Origin: the human T2T-CHM13v2.0 reference genome, Homo sapiens
Length of the DNA: 64,000 nucleotides
Direction: 5' to 3' (one strand)
Assembly (NCBI RefSeq): GCF_009914755.1
Contig: NC_060946.1
The position numbers and the translations under genes are program-made. The notes under the pieces were generated by a model that made no database searches, had not been told where the DNA came from, and saw nothing but the letters and a program-made list of their open reading frames with translations. Positions 56,675-64,000 of the stretch are shown piece after piece. Position 1 is the first letter of the stretch. Each line of letters begins with the position of its first letter.

Positions 56675-59600
56675 TCACCGGTAGTGTGGCCCGCAGGGAC
56701 GCCGACCTGCTGGAGCGTCGTGCCAGCATGGGCTGTGGCAACCACGTGGGCCAGCAGGAGGTTCCCGCTGCACAGCTGTGGGGTGAGGATAGACTGGGTG
56801 GTGATATCGGCCATTACAGGGGCCTCTTCTGCTGGCAAGAGTGTGACAGTAGCAAGTAGATGGACAGGCCTGCGTGTGAGGATGGAATGCAGGAGGGGTT
56901 CTTGTGCGGCTGGGTGTGGGGCCCTCACGGGAACCGTGGAGAAATGGCCAGGTAACTGCGTCATGTGGGCTAGTAGATTGGCCAGGGCTTCGAACTGAAG
57001 GACGATAACGGGGAGTAGCTGTCAGGCCCTGGGGGTGCCTGAGTGTAAGTGGAGATGGGTTTGGGGTCACTGAGGGATGCGTGGGAGCCATCCCTGTATA
57101 GGTACAGGTCATAGGGAGATAGTCTCGTGAGGCCTGTGAGTGTCTAGGGTTGTCCTGGGTGCCTGGGGCTGACTGTGGCAGAAATCTGGGGAAGGCTGGA
57201 GAGAAGCTGGGAGACCCAGGAGAGTCCCTGAAGGCAGGGGGTGAAGAGGTGAAAGAAATGGGGGAGGGTTGCAGTAAGGTCCGTGAGTTTGTAGGTGATT
57301 CCTGGGTGCGGGAAGCTGACTCCAGGTGAAATCTGGAGATGGTTGGAGAGTAGCTGAGAGAGACAGAAGAGTCCCTGAGGGCTGGGGGTGAGAACATGAG
57401 GGAGACGGGGGAGTAAGTCAGTGAAATTCGTGAGTTCGGTGGTGTATCGTGGGTGCCTGGAACTGACTCCAGCTGGAATCTAGAGAAGTTTTGAGAGTAG
57501 CTGAAGGAGACACAAGAGTCCCTGTGGGCTGAGGGCAAAGACCTGAGACAGACCAGGGAGGACCTCAGTGAAGTCTGTGAGTCTGTAGGTGATTCCGGAG
57601 TGTGGGAGGCTGACTCCCGCTGAAATCTGGGCGTGGTGGGAGAGTAGCTGGGACAGACAGGAGAGTCCCAGGGGGCTGGGGGTGAAGACGTGAGAGAGAC
57701 TGGGGAGTAACTCAGTGAAATTGCTGAGTTGGTTGGTGATACCTGGGTGCCTGGAACTGACCCCCGCTGAAATCTGGGCATGGTTGGAGAGTAGCTGGGA
57801 CACACAGGAGAGTCCCTGAGGGCTGGGGGTGAAGACATGAGCGAGACCGGGGAGTAACTGAGTGAAACTGGTGAGTTTGGTGGTGACTCCGGGGTGCCTG
57901 GAACTGACTCCAGCTGAAATGTGGGCGTGGTTGGAGAGTAGCTGGGACAGACAGGAGAGTCCCTGAGGACTGGTGAAGACATGAGAGAGACTGGAGAGTA
58001 ATTGAGTGAAATTGGTGAGTTTGGTGGTGATTCCTGGGTGCCTGGAACTGACTCCCGCTGAAGTGTGGGCATGGTTGGAGAGTAGCTGGGACAGACGGGA
58101 GAGTCCCTGAGGGATGGTGAAGACATGAGAGAGACTGGAGAGTAATTAAGTGAAATTGGTGAGTTTGGTGGTGATTTCTCGGTGCCTGCAACGGACTCCC
58201 GCTGAAGTGTGGGCGTGCTTGGAGAGTAGCTGGGACAGACAGGCGAGTCCCTGAGGGTTGGAGATAAAGATGTGCTAGAGACTGAGGAGTAACTGAGTGA
58301 AATTGGTGAGTTTGGTGGTGATTCCGGGGTGCCTGGAACGGACTCCAGCTGAAATGTAGGCGTGGTTGGAGAGTAGCTGGGACAGACGGGAGAGTCCCTG
58401 AGGGATGGTGAAGACATGAGAGAGACTGGGGAGTAACGCAGTTAAATTGGTGAGTTTGGTGGTGATTTCTGGGTGCCTGCAACGGACTCCCGCTGAAGTG
58501 TGGGCGTGCTTGGAGAGTAGCTGGGACAGACAGGCGAGTCCCTGAGGGTTGGAGATAAAGACGTGCTGGAGACTGGGGAGTAACTCAGTGAAAGTGGTGG
58601 GCTTGGTGGTGATCCCAGGGTTCCTGGAACTGACCCGCGCTGAAATGTGGGCGTGGTTGGAGAGTAGCTGGGACAGACTGGAGGGTCCGTAAGGGCTGGG
58701 GGTGAAGACGTGAGAGAGACTGGCGAGGATCTCACTGAGGTCTGTGAGTTTGTAGGTGTTTCTGGGGTGTGGGGTACAGACTCCCGCTGAAATCTGGGCG
58801 TAGTTGGAGAGTAGCTGGGACAGACAGGAGAGTCATGGGTGGCTGGGGGTGAGCTGCTGGATGATGGCAGTAAGAACATATGGTACATTATTGATGAATG
58901 AGGTGACTGTGAAGAATCTCCAGAGGAGGACACGGGAGAACACAATGACATGAGTGACTGTCCTGCTTGGTTAGGAAAGGGAAACGTAAAGTTGTGGAAT
59001 TCTGTTGATGATGGATGTGAGAGTGGTGAAGCCCTGCGGGATGATGTAGAGGACTTCCACATCCCTGGTGAGGAGCTGCCCCTTGGGTCTGAGTTTCTGG
59101 GAGGGGAGAGGGAGAAGCTGGGTGAGGCAGGCATGAATCTTGAGGAGTCAGGGCTGGGGGACCGCTCATATTCTCCCGAGACCTGTGAGTCTCTGGGGGA
59201 CTCCTGGGTGCATGGGGCTGACTCCCGCAGGAACCTGGGGTTGGCTGGAGAGTAATTGGGAGCCACAGGAGGGTCCCTGAGGCCTGGGGGTGAAGAGATG
59301 CAAGACACAGGGGTGGAGCAGCGTGAGGCTCGTGAGTTTGTAGGTGATTCCTGGGTGTGGGGGGCTGACTCCAGCTGAAATCTGGGGTTGTTTGGAGAGT
59401 AGCTGGGAGACACAGGAGAACCCCCGAGAGCTGGGGGTGAGCTGCTGGGTGATGGCAGTAAGAACATGTGGTATATTATTGATGAACGTGGGGACTCTGA
59501 GGAGTCCTCAGAGGAGGACACAGCAGAGCCCAATGGCTTCATTGATTGCCCATCACGGTGAGGACAGGGAAATGGGAGCTTGTGGGATTCTGGTGATGAC

Positions 59601-59800
59601 AGAGGTGAGTGTGGTGAAGCCCTAGGGGATGGTGAATGGTAGTTCCGGATCCCTGGTGAGGAGCTTCCTCTTAAGCCGGAGTTTCTGAGAGGGGAGAGGG
59701 AGAAGCTGGGTGAGGCTCGCATGGACCTTGGGGTGTCCGTGCTGGGGGACCGTTCATAAGAAGAGCCAGACAAGACCCTACTGTTCTTAGGTGCAGACAT
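56675..59800 (-). pseudogene. 1041-codon-class copy with a premature stop (TCA>TAA, S453*)
   Basis: The + strand reads gttaaattgg at 58441 where other copies read gtgaaattgg. This splits the ORF into in-frame pieces of 452 aa and 580 aa. Confidence 0.65.
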
Positions 59801-59875
59801 GATTAGGAAACCTGCAGCTCCCAGGGGCCCCCACTAATGTTCTAACTCGCAGAAGGAAGGAGTGTGTGTGCGTGT

Positions 59876-59907
<32 letters not shown>

Positions 59908-62900
59908 TTGTGTGTGTGCGGTGTGAGGTATGGGCCCCTTAAGGAAATGGAAATCAACCAACCAATGGGACAGACAGACAGACAGACAGACAGAGATTCA
60001 CTTGCCCAAGTGTTCTGTCCTGTCCTCTGAATCCGCTTTCAAGTCGCAAGACGCTGTGAGCTCCAAGTCCACGCAGAGTCCGCCAAACGCTCCGGCCGCT
60101 GATCCGCTCCGCGAAGATCTGAGTACAGGCCAGCCAGGGTGGGTTTAAATAGCCTCGGGCGCAGCCTAGCAGCGGAAAGGGCGGAGCTTCACTCCTCCTT
60201 TCCATCAGTCACCCCCAACTTTCCCAGGCTACACCTCGTAGGAAACTGTTCTCCTGCTTTGATTTCATGCGCCACCTTTGGGACAATCTAAGAACTTACA
60301 GGTTTTCTTGGCCAGATTTATTAGGAATTGTATGCACTGAAACACTGAAAACCAACTAGTGGTTCTGTGCTTCCCACGTTGTGGTTTTGACACCAGCAGC
60401 ATCCTTGCCACAATCAAACCCCGGAGATCCGCAGATCTGTGTTGTAACAAGACCTCCCCCTGACCCTGAAGCATGGCAGTTGAAGAAGTCTTTCCGTGTA
60501 AGCGAAAAGACTTTGAAGAAAAGGTGGAGATATGCGTTGTATAAACATTCTTTGGCTCTGGAACCACGTAGAGACTTGGGAGCCAGTTGGGTGGAGCATT
60601 CGTTGGATGAGGGTGCTCGGGTTAGGAATATCAAGGTGTTTCTCCAGATAATCCAATCATCTAATTAAGATTCCAGTTATGCTCATCTGTTTTAAAATTC
60701 CGTTTGGGTAAATTCTTTTAGTCAGACTGAGAATGGCAAAGCCTCAACCCCAATTTCCAGGGAGGGTGGAGAGCCTCAGGTGGAGTTGATCACCAATAGC
60801 CTATGGTTTAACCCATCATGCCTATAGAATGAGGTCTCCATCAAAACCCAAAAGGACTGGGTTCAGAGAGCTTCTGGATAACACTTCCTGGAAGGTAGTG
60901 CACCCCTCCCCGCATGCCGGGCCCCACATTTATTTCTGAACCTTGTGCAATGTCCGCTAAAATACAACGGCAAATGTAAGTGTTTCCCTGCGTGCTGTGA
61001 GCTCTTCCAGCAAATGAATGCAACTAAATCTGGGAGTGGTGGCAACCTGATTTATAGCCAGTTGCTGAGAAGCACAGGTAAAACAACGTAGGGCTTCCCA
61101 TTGTTATTGGTGTGGGAGGCCTGTCTGGCGGGACTCGGCCCTTTGGAATCTAATGCTATGTCCCGGTAGATAGCGTCACCATTGAATTAGAAGACACACA
61201 TATGTGGAGAATAATCTTTCTGGTCATTTACTGCATGTCATATTTACAATATGTAATCAAATTCTTTATCCTGACCTTATGGCACCTGGGTTTAGGACCA
61301 TGATTTGAACCAAACGTTGGTCTGTCACTTTCTGAGTTTGAAACTTTATTTTGCCTTTAGCGTTTTGCTATTGCTTTTTCGTTTTCTTTTGTTTCGTTTC
61401 GTTTCTAAGTTCTGGGGTATATGTGCAGGATGTGCAGATTTGTTACTAAGGTAAACGTGTGCCATGGTGGTTTGCTGCACCTGTCAACCCGTCACCTAGG
61501 TATTAAGCCCAGCATGCAGTAGCTGTTTTTCTTAACGCTCTGCCTCCCGAAAGGCCCCAGTGTGTGTTGTTCCCCTTCCTGTGTCCATGGGATCTCACTT
61601 TTCAGCTCCCATTATAAGTGAGAAGGTGGCGTTTGGTTTTCTTTCCCTGGATTAGTTTGCTGACGATAATGACCACACATCACCACTGTTTTTGTTTTTT
61701 AGTATAAAGAGTAGTATTTTATTGAATAAGATTTGCTCACAGAAAAATAAGCTTAAATCTACAATGAATGCCAGACCCTACAGCAGAAAGCAATTTTCTC
61801 ACTTTTCCACACACAATGGTTCCTACTAAGTGAAAAAAAAGCCATAAAATTTCATTCACAAATGTACTACTCTGTCTCAAAACATCTCACGTAATCATGC
61901 ACTGTACTAAAGCCATCAGATCAGTTCTTCAGTCAGGTTAAAGAAGTATCCCTCTAATAACTGACTTTTATAATGCTATCAATATCCACTCCCAATCAGT
62001 CTGCCATTGTTAATGGTGTACAGCATTACTGAATACAACGGAATTGATGACGCCCATATCCACAGACAAACCGTGACTTATGATGGTTTGATTTATGATT
62101 TTTCAACGTTATGATGGGTTTATTGGAATATTAGATTCGTTTCTGAGTTACACTGGGTTTATGAGTATGCGACCCTACACTCCAGAAACAGCTGTATAAG
62201 GAAAAACAGGTGTACCTAATAAAAATATGCTTAGTGACTTGGGATAAACCAATAGATGTTCACAAGTGATGGAGAGCCGTGAAAGAGAGATAGCGGTAAA
62301 TAGTTACAATAACACAATTTTCCTGCACCTGTCGAGGATTTCCCCCAAAAAACGCAGAATGTGGGATGCACCTAAGGCATATGAAAGAGAGAGGGCAGAA
62401 GGAGTAAGAGAGAAATAGGAGGAAGGAAGGAAGGAAGCAAGGAAGAAAGGAAGGAAGGAAAGAAGGAAGGAAGGACGGAAGGAAGGAAGGAAGGAAGGAA
62501 GGAAGGAAGGAAAGAAGGATGAAAGGAAGGAGAAAACACCGGTGTTACTAAAACCCCCCAAAAAATGGTTTCCCCCTGTGGGTAAGCCTACAATGTGGAT
62601 GAATCTTGAAAATATTGTGCTACGTGTTATGTCAGTCATAGCAGCTCACCTATTGTGCAATTCCGTTTATAGGAAATGTCCACAATATGGAAATCTATGC
62701 ATATGGGATTGATCGCACTAGGTAGTTGCTACCTAGGGCTGAGGGTCAGGGAGAGGGTTTGAGACAGAATGAGGAGTGACTAATGTCTACAGGGTCTTTC
62801 TCTGGTCGGGGGTGATAAGACGTTTTACAATGGATTGCGAATTAAAATTGAATGTGCACAACCACAGGTATACTAAAAGCCACTCAATTCATGACCTTTA

Positions 62901-63128
62901 ATGGGGGAATCTTACGTGGCGTAGTCTCATGGAGACCACGGCAGACATAGTGAGAGAGAAAAAGGTGAGTAAATATCTGAAACGGAGGCAGAAACAGAGA
63001 GAATGAAAAGCCCTGTGAATGGAAGGGAGAGCGAAAAGGGAAAATGGTCCTATTTACAAATGACAGATGTGAAACTGGGGTTCACATCAACAGTGTCACT
63101 GCCAGGAAGGAGGGTCATGCTAGCCATG

Positions 63129-64000
63129 TCACCGGTAGTGTGGCCCGCAGGGACGCCGACCTGCTGGAGCGTCGTGCCAGCATGGGCTGTGGCAACCACG
63201 TGGGCCAGCAGGAGGTTCCCGCTGCACAGCTGTGGGGTGAGGATAGACTGGGTGGTGATATCGGCCATTACAGGGGCCTCTTCTGCTGGCAAGAGTGTGA
63301 CAGTAGCAAGTAGATGGACAGGCCTGCGTGTGAGGACGGAATGCAGGAGGGGTTCTTGTGCGCCTGGGTGTGGGGCCCTCACGGGAACCGTGGAGAAATG
63401 GCCAGGTAACTGCGTCATGTGGGCTAGTAGATTGGCCAGGGCTTCGAACTGAAGGACGATAATGGGGAGTAGCTGTCAGGCCCTGGGAGTGCCTGAGTGT
63501 AAGTGGAGATGGGTTTGGGGTCACTGAGGGATGCGTGGGAGCCATCCCTGTATAGGTACAGGTCATAGGTAGATAGTCTCGTGAGGCCTGTGAGTGTCTA
63601 GGGTTGTCCTGGGTGCCTGGGGCTGACTGTGGCAGAAATCTGGGGAAGGCTGGAGAGAAGCTGGGAGACCCAGGAGAGTCCCTGAAGGCAGGGGGTGAAG
63701 AGGTGAAAGAAATGGGGGAGGGTTGCAGTAAGGTCCGTGAGTTTGTAGGTGATTCCTGGGTGCGGGAAGCTGACTCCAGGTGAAATCTGGAGATGGTTGG
63801 AGAGTAGCTGAGAGAGACAGAAGAGTCCCTGAGGGCTGGGGGTGAGAACATGAGGGAGACGGGGGAGTAAGTCAGTGAAATTCGTGAGTTCGGTGGTGTA
63901 TCGTGGGTGCCTGGAACTGACTCCAGCTGGAATCTAGAGAAGTTTTGAGAGTAGCTGAAGGAGACACAAGAGTCCCTGTGGGCTGAGGGCAAAGACCTGA
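63129..64000 (-). CDS. 3' part of a further copy of the repeat protein ORF (starts beyond the window end)
   Basis: Open frame from the window end to the stop at 63129, with the same C-terminus (...RRPCGPHYR). Confidence 0.55.
   Translation of the reverse strand, partial: RSLPSAHRDSCVSFSYSQNFSRFQLESVPGTHDTPPNSRISLTYSPVSLMFSPPALRDSSVSLSYSPTISRFHLESASRTQESPTNSRTLLQPSPISFTSSPPAFRDSPGSPSFSPAFPRFLPQSAPGTQDNPRHSQASRDYLPMTCTYTGMAPTHPSVTPNPSPLTLRHSQGLTATPHYRPSVRSPGQSTSPHDAVTWPFLHGSREGPTPRRTRTPPAFRPHTQACPSTCYCHTLASRRGPCNGRYHHPVYPHPTAVQREPPAGPRGCHSPCWHDAPAGRRPCGPHYR

Larger units (their letters stand above)
1..64000. repeat. Tandem macrosatellite array of ~6.3-6.6 kb units (ACRO1-composite-like)
   Basis: The same set of ORFs and spacer sequence recurs with the long-ORF ATG at 1090, 7570, 14167, 20470, 26946, 33543, 40140, 46737, 53338 and 59800. 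Copies differ only by scattered SNVs, microsatellite length and monomer number. The tandem structure is seen directly. The ACRO1 name rests on recall of a 147-bp monomer within ~6-kb units containing L1/MER21 fragments. Confidence 0.95.

Noticed and set aside
1-64000. Array as an assembly artefact, rDNA or D4Z4
   Set aside because: Units carry distinct, structured variants, which argues against artificial duplication. No rRNA sequence or homeobox ORF was seen.

Overview
The whole window is a primate-type tandem macrosatellite of about 10 near-identical head-to-tail units, 6.3-6.6 kb each. ATG-to-ATG spacings are 6480, 6597, 6303, 6476, 6597, 6597, 6597, 6601 and 6462 bp. Each unit has a block of 144/147-bp monomers plus a spacer with MER21-like LTR, L1PA-like and L1MB-like fragments and (GT)n, (GACA)n and (GGAA)n microsatellites. 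This architecture matches my recollection of the ACRO1 satellite composite of hominid acrocentric and pericentromeric regions; I did not confirm this by alignment and cannot fix the species. The main observation is that each unit looks like a complete minus-strand Pol II gene. It has a DUX4-type motif at about -530, a GC box, TATTTAAA at -31 and a perfect Inr. The first downstream ATG opens a 992-1090 aa Ser/Pro-rich ORF, and an AATAAA follows downstream. The satellite monomer is the coding repeat (48/49 aa) and carries Pol II CTD-like PSYSP(T/S)TP motifs. Eight of the nine fully visible copies are intact and differ in length only by whole in-frame monomers; one has a single nonsense change. 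Expression and function are inferred, not shown.
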